A program made the translations under genes and the position numbers. This document shows positions 45,390 through 56,079 of a DNA stretch of 64,000 nucleotides, in pieces; the stretch's first letter is position 1, and the number at the start of each line of letters is the position of its first letter. The notes below the pieces were generated by a model. That model made no database searches and was not told the origin of the DNA. It saw only the letters and a program-made list of their open reading frames with translations. This stretch comes from Pseudobacteroides sp. GTDB taxonomy: Bacteria > Bacillota > Clostridia > Acetivibrionales > DSM-2933. Location of the stretch: positions 1-64,000 of the forward strand of contig DAOOVO010000002.1 in assembly GCA_035370245.1 (NCBI GenBank), written 5' to 3'.

Positions 45390-46643
45390 TTGTCCATATT
45401 TAACAGCTTTTTGTATCTATCAACTCAGATTATTCAAATTCTGATATTTATAGCAGGCTGCTATTACTTCGGTATATCAGTTTTCGGTTGGATAAAAAGG
45501 AAAGAGGATTCATGCAAAAATTATAGCCCTGTAAAGAAATTTGCATTGGTTATTGCTGCTCACAACGAAGAACTGGTTATTGCACATATCATAGACAGCT
45601 TGAAGCTGCAAAATTATCCAAAGGAGCTCTATGATATTTTTGTAGTCGCAGACAATTGCACGGACAATACGTCAAAAATTGCACAAGAGCATGGTGCAAT
45701 CGTATATAATCGTACAAACAATGAGCTAAAAGGAAAAGGCTTTGCCCTCGAATGGATGTTTGAAAAAATATTCGAAATGGAAACAAATTATGATGCCATC
45801 AGTATATTTGATGCTGATAATATTGTTTCCTCAAATTACCTGGCAGAAATGAACAAACAGCTATGCAAGGGACATAAAGTCGTTCAAGGCTACATAGACA
45901 GTAAAAATCCCTTCGATTCATGGATAACATGCTCTTATTCAATAGCTTTTTGGCTTTCCAACAGGATTTTTCAACTGCCAAGGTACTATTTGGGCTTAAG
46001 CTGCGGTCTTTGCGGTACCGGCTTTTGTGTTGAAACATCGGTTTTAAAAAAGATAGGCTGGGGTGCCACATGCCTTACCGAAGATCTTGAATTCACCATG
46101 AAGCTTGCTTTAAACGACATGAAGGTGGCCTGGGCACATAATGCCGTTGTTTATGATGAAAAGCCTCTAACTCTAAAGCAATCCTGGAACCAGAGAAAAA
46201 GATGGATGCAAGGCCACGCCGACTGTGCCTCAAGATTCTTAGGTGCTTTGTTTAAAAAAGCCATCAAGGAGCAAAACCTTGTGGCTTTCGACTGTGCATT
46301 ATACCTTTTTCAACCAATCAGGTTTATATTCATAGGTTTAATTACTGTCATGATGTGGATACAAATGCTTTATCCTACATCACCGTTTTTCAGTCTCAAA
46401 TACGTTTTCCCGGTCGAGGTCTGGAACATCTTTGTAATTCTCCAATTTTTTTACGGACCCCTTGTTATACTTTCTGAAAAAAAATTTAACGCCAGAATTA
46501 TACTGGGTTTCATATTATACCCATTTTATTGCCTGACATGGGTACCCATTACAATTGAAGGTTTTTTAAGTAAAGATAATAAGGAGTGGGACCACACTGT
46601 CCACACCAGAGAAATCACCATCAATGATCTGGAGGAAGCCTAA
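45390..46643 (+). CDS. membrane-bound processive family-2 glycosyltransferase (PgaC/cellulose-synthase-like, QxxRW)
   Basis: 'DNCTDNT' (DxD region), 'CLTEDLEF', 'QRKRWMQGH' (Q-x-x-R-W); N- and C-terminal TM helices; TTG start with RBS GGAGGAA. Confidence 0.75.
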   Translation: MSIFNSFLYLSTQIIQILIFIAGCYYFGISVFGWIKRKEDSCKNYSPVKKFALVIAAHNEELVIAHIIDSLKLQNYPKELYDIFVVADNCTDNTSKIAQEHGAIVYNRTNNELKGKGFALEWMFEKIFEMETNYDAISIFDADNIVSSNYLAEMNKQLCKGHKVVQGYIDSKNPFDSWITCSYSIAFWLSNRIFQLPRYYLGLSCGLCGTGFCVETSVLKKIGWGATCLTEDLEFTMKLALNDMKVAWAHNAVVYDEKPLTLKQSWNQRKRWMQGHADCASRFLGALFKKAIKEQNLVAFDCALYLFQPIRFIFIGLITVMMWIQMLYPTSPFFSLKYVFPVEVWNIFVILQFFYGPLVILSEKKFNARIILGFILYPFYCLTWVPITIEGFLSKDNKEWDHTVHTREITINDLEEA

Positions 46644-46691
46644 AGTTTCTCTTTCCTCCAGACATAGTAATATTTATATTTATAGTTTGAA

Positions 46692-48998
46692 TCAAAAAGC
46701 CTGCCTGTTTTCACCGTTCACTTTTATTCTATAGTATCTATTCCCGTCTTTGTAATTTTTGTAATAAATATAATCTCCCAATATCTCAATATCGTTACTA
46801 TCTTCCACAAAATCGTCGCTTATTTTGATTTTTTCCGTTCCGTCAATTTTTACTTTATAAATGCTGTTTAAGTCACTTTTATTTACAAAGTATATCCATC
46901 CATCCAATATATGCTCGTTATGAGCGTACCAAAAATCCACATTTGTATTATTGTTGGAGACTATAAATCCTGCAGGCTCATCGCTTATAATATCCACACT
47001 GTTTAAATTATTCAGATCTGTTTTCTTTAGCCTTGCACCCCTGTCAAAATTAAAAACTTTATATAAAAGATCATTTCCTTCAATAAATATCCATGATACA
47101 GCATCATCATGGTTTAACTGGATCTTTCCCTCGCCTTCCGATCCGACCTTATGGATTTTATAATCGGAAATATAATATATGCTGTTATTGTCGGTGTCAA
47201 TCTCATAAACTCCTGTATTGCTGAGCTTTGTCTTTGATGTTCCGTCTGTTTTTACTTTATACAGAGTGTTATTATCATCCATATTTATATAATATATGTA
47301 ATCTCCCATCATGACTATCTGGTAAGCCTTATCCCGTGCAATTTTAAAAATATTGCTGCCATCATGGTTTTTACTCTCTATACCTCCATTAGGACTGATA
47401 TAGTAATACTTATCTTCCGTTATAACAGTATTCTTTCTTTCTCTGGCCGAAAGATCAAAAAACTTACTATCTTCGGTACACTGGGGGTAAGCATCTCTAT
47501 CCCAACTGTGGTCCACTCCCATTTGTTTATCCGATATATTAAAAAACTGGTGGCTAATCAAATCTTCATAATCAGATACCGGATCGTCAGCAGTGACATC
47601 AACATGATAATAAGCATTGTTTATCCTGACAATGTTCCATGCGTGCTTCCAGTTTCCTACATCAGGATTCACCGAAGCCAATGTACCGTTTAATGATTCA
47701 AAATCCCCGACAACCATAATGCATTCAATTCCAACTGCATTGAGCAAGATCTGAAAGCTTCTGGCATAACCGTCACAAACTGCAACTCCTTTGATTAATG
47801 CACCATAAGGATGATGCGACTCATCGGGCAATGTGTCTTTTACAAAATTTTCCTGGTCATATCTTATATTTGCCACCAAATAGTCGTGGAATGCCAATTC
47901 CTTTTCATATTCGGTCATTTCCGGTTTAATCACAGTATTGACTATCTCATTGACCTTTCTTGATAATTGATCATACTTTTCAAAAATTTTATTAAGATCG
48001 TCCCCGTCGGAATCAATCAAATACAATTTTTTAATGGAACTCATGCTCTTTAAAACACTTATATCTGTTATGGGATTGCTCATGAGATTGAGCACCTCTA
48101 ACTTTTTTAGATTCTTGATAGGTGAAATGTCAAAAATCTCATTTTGTCTCAGTTCGAGTCTTTCCAAATCGGTTAATCCGCTTAAAGGAGATATATCTTT
48201 AATCTGATTTCCCTGCAGCATCAATACCTTTAGACTTGTTAATCCCTTTAAATCATTGATATCCGATATAAGATTATACGGAATATAAAGATAATATAAA
48301 TTTTTAAGTTCCGAAAGCTTTTTAATATCACTGATCTTGTTATATGCCAGATTAAGTTCCATCACAGAAGATAAATACTCTATCCCTTCAATGCTCTTAA
48401 TATCCTTTTCTGAGGCATCAAGATTGGTAATTTTCTTCACATCAATGTTTAATATATCTCCTACAGGCTTATTAATTTTTGATCTTATAACCGCTTCAAG
48501 ATTGCTGTCCGGAAAATTTATCACTTTAGGGGTGGTAACTATGACCAATTTATTTTTGCTGTCCCACTCTACATCAGTACCGAGACTCTCTGCCACAAAC
48601 CTTGCAGGAACTAAAGTCCTGCCGTTTATTATCATAGCCGGGGCATCAATTGATGTTACCTTGCCGTTTATAAAAGCATTCTTCTTGTTTATAGTCAGCT
48701 CAACAGTTATTCCATCTTTAATTCCCGTAACGGTTTGTGTTTTGGCATTCCACTTAACCTCAGCTCCTAAAGACTCGAATATGGCTCTTAAAGGTACAAG
48801 TGTCCTTCCTGAAACAATAGAAGGTGCCACATCAAGTTTCAGTTCCTCGCCATCCACAACAACTTTTATTACATTTGCATTTTTTAAAGAATTATCAGCA
48901 AGAGCATATGTATTGATAATAAAGAATGAACAAAAAAGAGAAACAATAATTGATACTAGTGATAAGCCGAGCTTAAATTTTCCAAATCTATTGGGCAT
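46692..48998 (-). CDS. secreted multidomain protein: signal peptide, Cu-amine-oxidase-N1-like repeats, leucine-rich repeats, transglutaminase-like Cys-protease core, DUF5050-like beta-propeller
   Basis: signal peptide; two 'GRTLVP(L/A)R...' repeats; ~9 LRRs of 22 aa ('LxxLxxLxLxxNxIxDIxxL'); 'VAVCDGYARSF...WKHAWNIVRI...YHVDVTADD' Cys-His-Asp core. Confidence 0.65.
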   Translation of the reverse strand: MPNRFGKFKLGLSLVSIIVSLFCSFFIINTYALADNSLKNANVIKVVVDGEELKLDVAPSIVSGRTLVPLRAIFESLGAEVKWNAKTQTVTGIKDGITVELTINKKNAFINGKVTSIDAPAMIINGRTLVPARFVAESLGTDVEWDSKNKLVIVTTPKVINFPDSNLEAVIRSKINKPVGDILNIDVKKITNLDASEKDIKSIEGIEYLSSVMELNLAYNKISDIKKLSELKNLYYLYIPYNLISDINDLKGLTSLKVLMLQGNQIKDISPLSGLTDLERLELRQNEIFDISPIKNLKKLEVLNLMSNPITDISVLKSMSSIKKLYLIDSDGDDLNKIFEKYDQLSRKVNEIVNTVIKPEMTEYEKELAFHDYLVANIRYDQENFVKDTLPDESHHPYGALIKGVAVCDGYARSFQILLNAVGIECIMVVGDFESLNGTLASVNPDVGNWKHAWNIVRINNAYYHVDVTADDPVSDYEDLISHQFFNISDKQMGVDHSWDRDAYPQCTEDSKFFDLSARERKNTVITEDKYYYISPNGGIESKNHDGSNIFKIARDKAYQIVMMGDYIYYINMDDNNTLYKVKTDGTSKTKLSNTGVYEIDTDNNSIYYISDYKIHKVGSEGEGKIQLNHDDAVSWIFIEGNDLLYKVFNFDRGARLKKTDLNNLNSVDIISDEPAGFIVSNNNTNVDFWYAHNEHILDGWIYFVNKSDLNSIYKVKIDGTEKIKISDDFVEDSNDIEILGDYIYYKNYKDGNRYYRIKVNGENRQAF

Positions 48999-49145
48999 AG
49001 CATTTTCTCTCCTTATGTCTACAAATTAATCATTCCTATTCAGTTTATCATCTTTTAAATATTCCTACAATAATAAAGAAGAAGCCCCATAATCAGTGCT
49101 AAAACTTGAATTGAAGCTTCCTCTTATTTATTTACCAATGATTAC

Positions 49146-51602
49146 TTATAGTATTGAGCTTTTCTCCGTTACCTTTTTTGTAAAGGTAAGATTTTCCCCA
49201 TCGAAGTCAACCACAACACTATCTCCCGATTTAATCTTTCCTTCTAAAATTTCCTCCGCCAGCTTATCCTCAACATCGCTTTGAATCGCTCTTCTTAACG
49301 GTCTTGCACCATAAATCATGTCATAGCCTTTGTTGGCAAGATGATCTACCGCTTTATCGGATACTTCAAGCTTGATATCGTTAGATTGTATCCTTTTTGT
49401 AAGGCTATCCAGCATGAGCCTTACTATTTGCTTGATATGTGTCTCTTCTAAAGGATGGAATACAATTATCTCATCAACCCTGTTAAGGAACTCAGGTTTA
49501 AATGTATTCTTCAATTCACCCATAACATTGTTCTTCATGTCCTGATAGCTCTTGGACTTTTCTTCATTAGGCGATGCAAAGCCAAGTCTTTTCGGTTCGG
49601 TGATCATTCTCGCACCAACATTGGATGTCATTATTATTACAGTATTTCTAAAATCCACTGTTCTTCCCTGTGAGTCTGTCAGACGTCCATCTTCCAATAT
49701 CTGGAGCAATATATTGAACACATCCGGATGTGCCTTCTCCACTTCATCAAACAAAACTACCGAATAAGGCTTTCTTCTCACTTTTTCAGTAAGCTGCCCA
49801 CCTTCATCGTAACCTACATATCCCGGAGGTGAACCTACCAGCCTTGATACGCTATGTTTTTCCATGTACTCAGACATGTCGATTCTAACAATAGAGTTTT
49901 CTTCTCCAAACAAGGCTTCGGCCAATGCTTTACATAATTCTGTCTTACCAACCCCTGTAGGTCCAAGGAAAATAAATGATCCAACAGGTCTCTTAGGATC
50001 CTTAAGTCCTACTCTTCCTCTTCTAATAGCCTTAGATACTGCCTTAACAGCTTCCTCCTGTCCGATAACCCTCTGATGCAGTACATCTTCCATCTTCATA
50101 AGTCTTTCAGTCTCTTCTTCCGCAAGCTTCTTGACAGGTATACCGGTCCAACTGGCAACCACTTCAGCTATATGTTCTTCAGTAACAGTATCGGTCTTAA
50201 CCTGACTCTTCTGATACCATTCGTTCTTAGCCTTTTCCAGCTCACTCTTTAGCTTTTGCTCTTCATCCCTTATTCTGGCTGCCTTCTCAAATTCCTGTGA
50301 TCTTATGGAATCTTCCTTTTCTTTCCTAAGCTTCTCAAATTGCTCCTCCAGCTTTTTAAGATCGGGAGGTGCTGTGAATGATTTAAGCCTTACCTTTGAA
50401 CCGGCTTCATCAATCAAATCTATGGCTTTATCCGGAAGGAACCTGTCTGTTATATATCTGTCGGAAAACTTGACAGCGGCAACAATTGCTTCGTCAGTTA
50501 TTTTTACCCTATGATGTGCTTCGTATTTATCACGAACCCCTTTTAATATTCCTATAGCCTCTTCAACCGTAGGCTCTCCTACTGTTATAGGCTGGAATCT
50601 TCTTTCAAGGGCAGCATCCTTTTCAACATGTTTTCTGTATTCATCAAGAGTAGTTGCACCAATAACCTGTATTTCTCCTCTTGCAAGGGAAGGCTTCAAA
50701 ATATTGGATGCATCTATGGCACCTTCTGCTGCACCGGCACCTATAATAGTATGCATTTCATCTATGAATAAAATAACGTTTCCTGCTTTCCTTATTTCTT
50801 CAAGGGCCTTTTTAAGACGCTCCTCAAATTCTCCCCTGTACTTTGCACCGGCAACCATTGACGACAAGTCCAAAGTTACAACCCTTTTATCCTTAAGAAT
50901 TTCAGGTATATTACCTTCAACTATCTTTTGTGCCAGGCCTTCTGCAATAGCAGTTTTTCCCACTCCCGGCTCACCGATAAGGCAAGGATTGTTCTTCGTT
51001 CTTCTGCTGAGGATCTGTATAACCCTTTCAATCTCGTTATCACGACCTATTACAGGGTCAAATTTACCTTCTCTTGCCATTTCTGTCAAATCTCTACCAA
51101 ATTGATTAAGTGTAGGAGTGTTTGAATTGGCACTATGGCTCTTAGGCTCTCCGGCAGCACTCGGTGCTTCTTCTGTGAGCATCTTGCTTATCTCACTGAT
51201 AAGTTTCTGAGGATCAACCCCTAAATCTATAAGTATTCTAACAGCTACACTTTCGCCCTCTTTCATAATACCAAGAATCAAATGTTCCGTTCCTATATAA
51301 TTCTGACCCATTCTTCTTGCTTCCTTAAAGCTTAGCTCAAGAACTCTTTTGGTCCTTGGTGTAAATCCTAAAGGCTGTTCTCCTGTTTGCTCTCCTTTAC
51401 CTATGAGTTCTTCAATTTCTCTAATAACTTTTTCTTCAGTTACTCCTTGACTTTGGAGAACTCTCGCAGCAATTCCTGTTCCTTCTCTTACAAGACCAAG
51501 CAAAAGATGTTCTGTTCCAACATAATTATGACCAAGCTGCATAGCACTTTCCTGAGAATGGGTTATAGCTTTTTCTGCCTTTTCTGTAAATCTACCGTAC
51601 AT
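49146..51602 (-). CDS. clpC: ATP-dependent Clp protease ATP-binding subunit ClpC
   Basis: two Clp_N repeats, two AAA+ modules (GEPGVGKT / GPTGVGKT), UVR coiled coil between them; 818 aa. Confidence 0.9.
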   Translation of the reverse strand: MYGRFTEKAEKAITHSQESAMQLGHNYVGTEHLLLGLVREGTGIAARVLQSQGVTEEKVIREIEELIGKGEQTGEQPLGFTPRTKRVLELSFKEARRMGQNYIGTEHLILGIMKEGESVAVRILIDLGVDPQKLISEISKMLTEEAPSAAGEPKSHSANSNTPTLNQFGRDLTEMAREGKFDPVIGRDNEIERVIQILSRRTKNNPCLIGEPGVGKTAIAEGLAQKIVEGNIPEILKDKRVVTLDLSSMVAGAKYRGEFEERLKKALEEIRKAGNVILFIDEMHTIIGAGAAEGAIDASNILKPSLARGEIQVIGATTLDEYRKHVEKDAALERRFQPITVGEPTVEEAIGILKGVRDKYEAHHRVKITDEAIVAAVKFSDRYITDRFLPDKAIDLIDEAGSKVRLKSFTAPPDLKKLEEQFEKLRKEKEDSIRSQEFEKAARIRDEEQKLKSELEKAKNEWYQKSQVKTDTVTEEHIAEVVASWTGIPVKKLAEEETERLMKMEDVLHQRVIGQEEAVKAVSKAIRRGRVGLKDPKRPVGSFIFLGPTGVGKTELCKALAEALFGEENSIVRIDMSEYMEKHSVSRLVGSPPGYVGYDEGGQLTEKVRRKPYSVVLFDEVEKAHPDVFNILLQILEDGRLTDSQGRTVDFRNTVIIMTSNVGARMITEPKRLGFASPNEEKSKSYQDMKNNVMGELKNTFKPEFLNRVDEIIVFHPLEETHIKQIVRLMLDSLTKRIQSNDIKLEVSDKAVDHLANKGYDMIYGARPLRRAIQSDVEDKLAEEILEGKIKSGDSVVVDFDGENLTFTKKVTEKSSIL

Positions 51603-51607
51603 TCAAA

Positions 51608-52660
51608 TCACTCCTTTGTCTTGTTTAATTTTTTGCGGATTATTTCAGCTCTTCCAACATCTCTTTCCAATTGCCCCGTAGAGTTCGGCAAAAGCACTTG
51701 CAAACTTCCGGGCTTTATAACATCTGTCAGCTCATTTATCGTCTTAATATCTATATCCTTTATAATTCCCATATCTATTCCAAGTCTAACATCGGATAAC
51801 AACTTATAGCTTTCTTCCGATGTTAAAACACGAGCATTCTTTATTATACCAAGAGATCTGAATATTTTATCCTCAAACATGAATGTGTTCTGCTTATAAA
51901 GGTCATCCCTCAATGCTCTTTCCTGATTGATAATTTGCCTTGTTATATTTTTAATGTTATAAACAATTTCTTCTTCCGACTGACCTAATGTAACCTGATT
52001 TGAAACCTGGAACATATTTCCCAATGCCTCTGTGTTCTCACCATACAAACCTCTCACTGTTACACCAATCTTGCCGCATGCTTCCAATATGCCTTTCAAG
52101 TATCCCGACATTGTAATTGCCGGCAAATGCATCATTACAGATACTCTTATTCCAGTTCCTACATTGGTTGGACAGCTTGTGAGATATCCTATATTCTCAT
52201 TATAAGCATACTCAACCTTTTCACTGATCATATCATCGGTTTTATTGCACAAATCAAAAGCTTCATCAAGCTGCATGCCCGGAAACATGGCCTGTATCCT
52301 TAAATGATCCTCTTCATTTATCATAATACTGACCTTTTCATCCTTGCTTATTATTGCAGCACTAAATCTTCTATTATCCGTAAGCTCTTTACTGATCAAA
52401 TGCTTTTCCACCAAAACCAATTTCTCAATATTGCTTAATTTTTGAAGATCAAAAAACAGGAAATCTTTTGATGAATTATTATCTTTATTGAATATTATTT
52501 CTTTGATCTTATTTATAACAAAAATGCTTTGATCATAATCCATTCTGACCGGAAAAGGATATTCATTAATATTTCTGGCCATCCTCACTCTGCTTGTCAT
52601 TACAATATCCGACTCGGGTATTTTTTTAGCTTCATTTCCGAACATAAACTCCCCTCCCAT
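51608..52660 (-). CDS. mcsB: protein-arginine kinase McsB
   Basis: phosphagen-kinase-like ATP:guanido phosphotransferase domain; operon position between mcsA and clpC. Confidence 0.85.
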   Translation of the reverse strand: MGGEFMFGNEAKKIPESDIVMTSRVRMARNINEYPFPVRMDYDQSIFVINKIKEIIFNKDNNSSKDFLFFDLQKLSNIEKLVLVEKHLISKELTDNRRFSAAIISKDEKVSIMINEEDHLRIQAMFPGMQLDEAFDLCNKTDDMISEKVEYAYNENIGYLTSCPTNVGTGIRVSVMMHLPAITMSGYLKGILEACGKIGVTVRGLYGENTEALGNMFQVSNQVTLGQSEEEIVYNIKNITRQIINQERALRDDLYKQNTFMFEDKIFRSLGIIKNARVLTSEESYKLLSDVRLGIDMGIIKDIDIKTINELTDVIKPGSLQVLLPNSTGQLERDVGRAEIIRKKLNKTKE

Positions 52661-52708
52661 TTCAGTATAATTTGTCTATATCATCCATATTAAATTCAAT
52701 TAATATTT

Positions 52709-52748
52709 TACATTTATCTCTGCTAAATGTAAGATTAATAACATATTT
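52709..52748. promoter_or_regulatory. conserved palindromic promoter/operator-like motif, copy 2 (ACATTTA-TCTCTGC-TAAATGT-AAGATTAATAACATATTTT) in the mcsA-mcsB intergenic gap
   Basis: 15-nt identity 'TAAATGTAAGATTAAT' with copy 1 plus identical palindrome arms; read on the minus strand it gives TTACAT-N16-TAAAAT. Confidence 0.4.
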
Positions 52749-52799
52749 TATATAAGTACCTCAATATATCGGCATTATCGTTTGCAATCTAAAGTACAA

Positions 52800-53288
52800 T
52801 TATTCCAGACTTTTAATCTTATCCCTAATTTCAGCAGCCTTTTCATACTCCTCTTTTTCTATAGCCTGCTGCAATTGTGCCTTTAGTCTTTCAATTTCCT
52901 TTGATATGCTATGGGTCTCAGCCATCAGCTTAGGTGACTTACCATGATGTTCAATGCTTCCATGAAGCCTTCTAAGCAAAGGTTTTATGCCGTCTCCATA
53001 CATTTCATAACACTTTGAACATCCAAATTTCCCAACTTTCTGAAACTCATCGTAACTCATGCCGCATTTATCACAAACCATCTTTACATGTCCAGGATTG
53101 TAATAAGGTGAACCGCCTCCCATACCGAATAAACCCTTTAGAAAATCATTTACATCTATTGTCGAACCAAAGCTTAGATGTCCCTTTTCCTTTGCACACT
53201 GCTTACAGAGATGCATTTCCACTTTTTTATTGTTGACAACCTGGGTAAAGTGTACACTAGCAATTCTCTCTTTACATTTTTCACACAT
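52800..53288 (-). CDS. mcsA: McsA (zinc-finger activator of McsB)
   Basis: CxxC pairs 'CEKCKE...CKQCAKE', 'CDKCGMS...CSKCYE', C-terminal UVR motif; start at MMCEKC with RBS AAGGTGGTG. Confidence 0.8.
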   Translation of the reverse strand: MCEKCKERIASVHFTQVVNNKKVEMHLCKQCAKEKGHLSFGSTIDVNDFLKGLFGMGGGSPYYNPGHVKMVCDKCGMSYDEFQKVGKFGCSKCYEMYGDGIKPLLRRLHGSIEHHGKSPKLMAETHSISKEIERLKAQLQQAIEKEEYEKAAEIRDKIKSLE

Positions 53289-53318
53289 CATAATTAACAC
53301 CACCTTAATATAGTATAA

Positions 53319-53795
53319 TTATTCCTTATTTCCCGATGCTGTAATAAGACTCATTAACATATTTTTCAAAATCACTGCACGTAAATAATCTCTATCCTTA
53401 GGATTTACACTGCTTAAAGTCTTGTCGCTTATTGCTGCTTTTATAATCAGGCCCTCTTTTTCAGTAACCATTTCATATCCTACAAAATTGTTTATAAATA
53501 TTTCCGCATTTTGCTGTGATATACTATTTCCCATTGATGATATTATATGCATGAGATATGCACTCTGATTAGTCATATTGATTCGCCTAATTCGAATATG
53601 ACCTCCACCGCCTCTGCGGCTTTCAACATAATATCCTCTTTCCGTTGTAAACCTGGTATCAATAACATAGTTTATTTGAGACGGCACACAATTAAATTGA
53701 TTCGCAAGTTCATTTCTCTGTATCTCAATAACACCATTCATTTCGATCATTAATTGTTTTAAAAACTCCTCAATTAAATCACTCATTCTCGCCAT
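53319..53795 (-). CDS. ctsR: class III stress-gene repressor CtsR
   Basis: N-terminal HTH 'SDLIEEFLKQLM...', glycine-rich 'RRGGGGHIRI' loop characteristic of CtsR; start at MARMSDL (RBS GAGGTGA), longer GTG-initiated ORF to 53804. Confidence 0.85.
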   Translation of the reverse strand: MARMSDLIEEFLKQLMIEMNGVIEIQRNELANQFNCVPSQINYVIDTRFTTERGYYVESRRGGGGHIRIRRINMTNQSAYLMHIISSMGNSISQQNAEIFINNFVGYEMVTEKEGLIIKAAISDKTLSSVNPKDRDYLRAVILKNMLMSLITASGNKE

Positions 53796-53813
53796 CCAAA
53801 TCACCTCATTGAT

Positions 53814-53830
53814 TTTGACTATCTTTGACT
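53814..53830 (-). promoter_or_regulatory. CtsR operator (tandem heptad AGTCAAA-GAT-AGTCAAA)
   Basis: matches CtsR box consensus (A/G)GTCAAAnAn(A/G)GTCAAA, ~20 bp upstream of ctsR start. Confidence 0.7.
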
Positions 53831-53920
53831 ATTAATATTATATCCAATCTTTATGGTAAATTCAAGTTATTAGACGAAAAATTTTTGAGACAAGAGGTTG
53901 GGAGTTAGAGGTTGGAAATC

Positions 53921-53958
53921 GAAAAAAAGGATTCAGATCTCTCGGTTCCTGAATCCTT
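53921..53958 (-). terminator. Rho-independent terminator of the EF-G-like gene
   Basis: AGGATTCAG...CTGAATCCT 9-bp stem, A7 on plus (= U7 on minus transcript). Confidence 0.6.
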
Positions 53959-53991
53959 TCTTATTATCATATATTTTATTCAAACTGTATT

Positions 53992-56079
53992 TTATTCAAA
54001 ATCATCAGAATCTGCCATATTCTTTTTAGCTTCCTCAATGACCTTTGCACTTACTGGTGGTGGTGCTTCTTCGTAGCGTTCGAACCACATTTTGAAATAT
54101 CCTCTGCCCTGTGTCATTGACCTAAGGTCTGTAGCATATTTGAACATTTCAGCCTGAGGAACTTCCGCAACTACCTGCTGGATGCCCTTATCCTGCGGAT
54201 TCATTCCCAATATCCTGCCTCTTCTTTTGTTCAAATCACCGATGATATCCCCCATGTAGCTTTCCGGCACATATACCTCCAGATGGTAAATAGGCTCTAA
54301 AAGGACAGGATTCGCCTGTACCAATCCTTTTTTATATGCGAGATGAGCAGCAACCTTAAAAGCCATTTCCGATGAGTCTACAGTGTGATATGATCCGTCT
54401 ACTAAAGTAGCCTTCAGATTAACAACAGGATATCCTGCAAGAACCCCTTTTAATATGCTCTCTCGTAAGCCTTTTTCAACTGCAGGGAAATATTGCCTTG
54501 GCACGGCACCTCCGAATATTTTTTCTTCAAATATAAGATCTTCAGTATCACCATGTTCGAACTCAATCCAAACATGCCCATACTGACCATGACCGCCTGA
54601 TTGCTTCTTGTGCTTTCCTTCAACCTTTACCTTTTTCCTGATAGTTTCCCTATATGGAATCTTCGGATTGGTAAGGTCTACAGAAACATTGAATTTTGCC
54701 TTGAGTTTACTTACTATTACATCAAGGTGCTGTTCTCCAATACCTGAAATTATTGTCTGATGAGTTTCAGTATTAAGAGAAACTTTAAAAGTAGGATCTT
54801 CATCCTGAAGTTTATGCAATCCCGAACTTATTTTTTCCTCATCGCCTTTGCTCTTTGGCTCAACCGCCATTGAAATCGCTGGCTCCGGAAATTCAATTTT
54901 ATCAAGTATTATGTTCTTTCCGGATTCACATAATGTGTCATTTGTATTGGTATATTGCAGTTTTGCAACTCCACCGATGTCACCGGCAATAAGTTTGTCA
55001 ACAGGTATATGTTTTTTCCCTCTCATAACAAAAAGCTGACCAATTTTCTCAGCTTTTTCCGCTCCTGTGTTATATACTGTTGAATCAGTTTTTAAAGTTC
55101 CGGAATATACCCTCAACATAGATATTTTACCAACAAAAGGATCGGCAATTGTTTTGAAAACAAGCACCGACAAAGAAGACGCAGGATCAACTTTTAATTC
55201 AATTTCCTGATCGTTTGTGTTTTTTGCTTTTATCACTTCTTTATCCACGGGGGAAGGCATATAATTTACAATTGAATCCATAATATATTGTATACCTAAA
55301 TTGTTTATTACCGAACTGCAAAAGACAGGAGTAATAGATGCGTCTGAAATACCTTTTTTAAGACCTTTTAATATTTCGTCATGAGTAAAATCTTCACCGT
55401 CAAAAAATTTATTCATTAAATCTTCATCAGTTTCTGCAACAGCTTCCGCTATCAAGTCTTTTATTTCTTTAACTTTATCGGAAAGGTTTGCCGGAACCGG
55501 TATATCTACAAGCTTATCCTTTTCAAACTTTTTTGCCTTAAGATCAATCATATCTACATAGCCGGTAAATTTTCCATTTTCCATTATTGGAAGTTGAATA
55601 GGAATAACGCTTTTGCCGAAAACATCCTTCATTTTATCCAACACACCAAAAAAATCCGCATTCTCTTCATCAATCTTGGTTACTATAAACATTACAGGGA
55701 TTTTCTGTTGCTGTGCATAATCCCAAGATTTTTCCGTTCCAACAGCTACGCCACTTTTACCGGAGACAAGAATCAATGCACTATCGGCAACCCTTATGCC
55801 CTGCTTAACCTCCCCTACAAAGTCAAAATATCCGGGTGTGTCTATCAAATTGATCTTTGTATCTTTCCATTCGCAGGGTGCTAATGCAGTGCTTATTGAA
55901 ATTTTCCTCTTTATTTCTTCGGGGTCATAATCACATATGGTAGTTCCATCTGCAACTTTTCCAAACCGGTCCAAAACCCCGGTATTGAACATGATAGCTT
56001 CAGCAAGAGTAGTTTTTCCTGAGCCGCCATGACCCATAAGACAAACATTTCTAATCTTATCACTTGTATACTCTTTCAT
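53992..56079 (-). CDS. elongation factor G-like translational GTPase (EF-G paralog)
   Basis: G1 'GHGGSGKTT', G3 'DTPGYFDF', G4 'TKID'; five-domain EF-G architecture, 695 aa. Confidence 0.85.
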   Translation of the reverse strand: MKEYTSDKIRNVCLMGHGGSGKTTLAEAIMFNTGVLDRFGKVADGTTICDYDPEEIKRKISISTALAPCEWKDTKINLIDTPGYFDFVGEVKQGIRVADSALILVSGKSGVAVGTEKSWDYAQQQKIPVMFIVTKIDEENADFFGVLDKMKDVFGKSVIPIQLPIMENGKFTGYVDMIDLKAKKFEKDKLVDIPVPANLSDKVKEIKDLIAEAVAETDEDLMNKFFDGEDFTHDEILKGLKKGISDASITPVFCSSVINNLGIQYIMDSIVNYMPSPVDKEVIKAKNTNDQEIELKVDPASSLSVLVFKTIADPFVGKISMLRVYSGTLKTDSTVYNTGAEKAEKIGQLFVMRGKKHIPVDKLIAGDIGGVAKLQYTNTNDTLCESGKNIILDKIEFPEPAISMAVEPKSKGDEEKISSGLHKLQDEDPTFKVSLNTETHQTIISGIGEQHLDVIVSKLKAKFNVSVDLTNPKIPYRETIRKKVKVEGKHKKQSGGHGQYGHVWIEFEHGDTEDLIFEEKIFGGAVPRQYFPAVEKGLRESILKGVLAGYPVVNLKATLVDGSYHTVDSSEMAFKVAAHLAYKKGLVQANPVLLEPIYHLEVYVPESYMGDIIGDLNKRRGRILGMNPQDKGIQQVVAEVPQAEMFKYATDLRSMTQGRGYFKMWFERYEEAPPPVSAKVIEEAKKNMADSDDFE

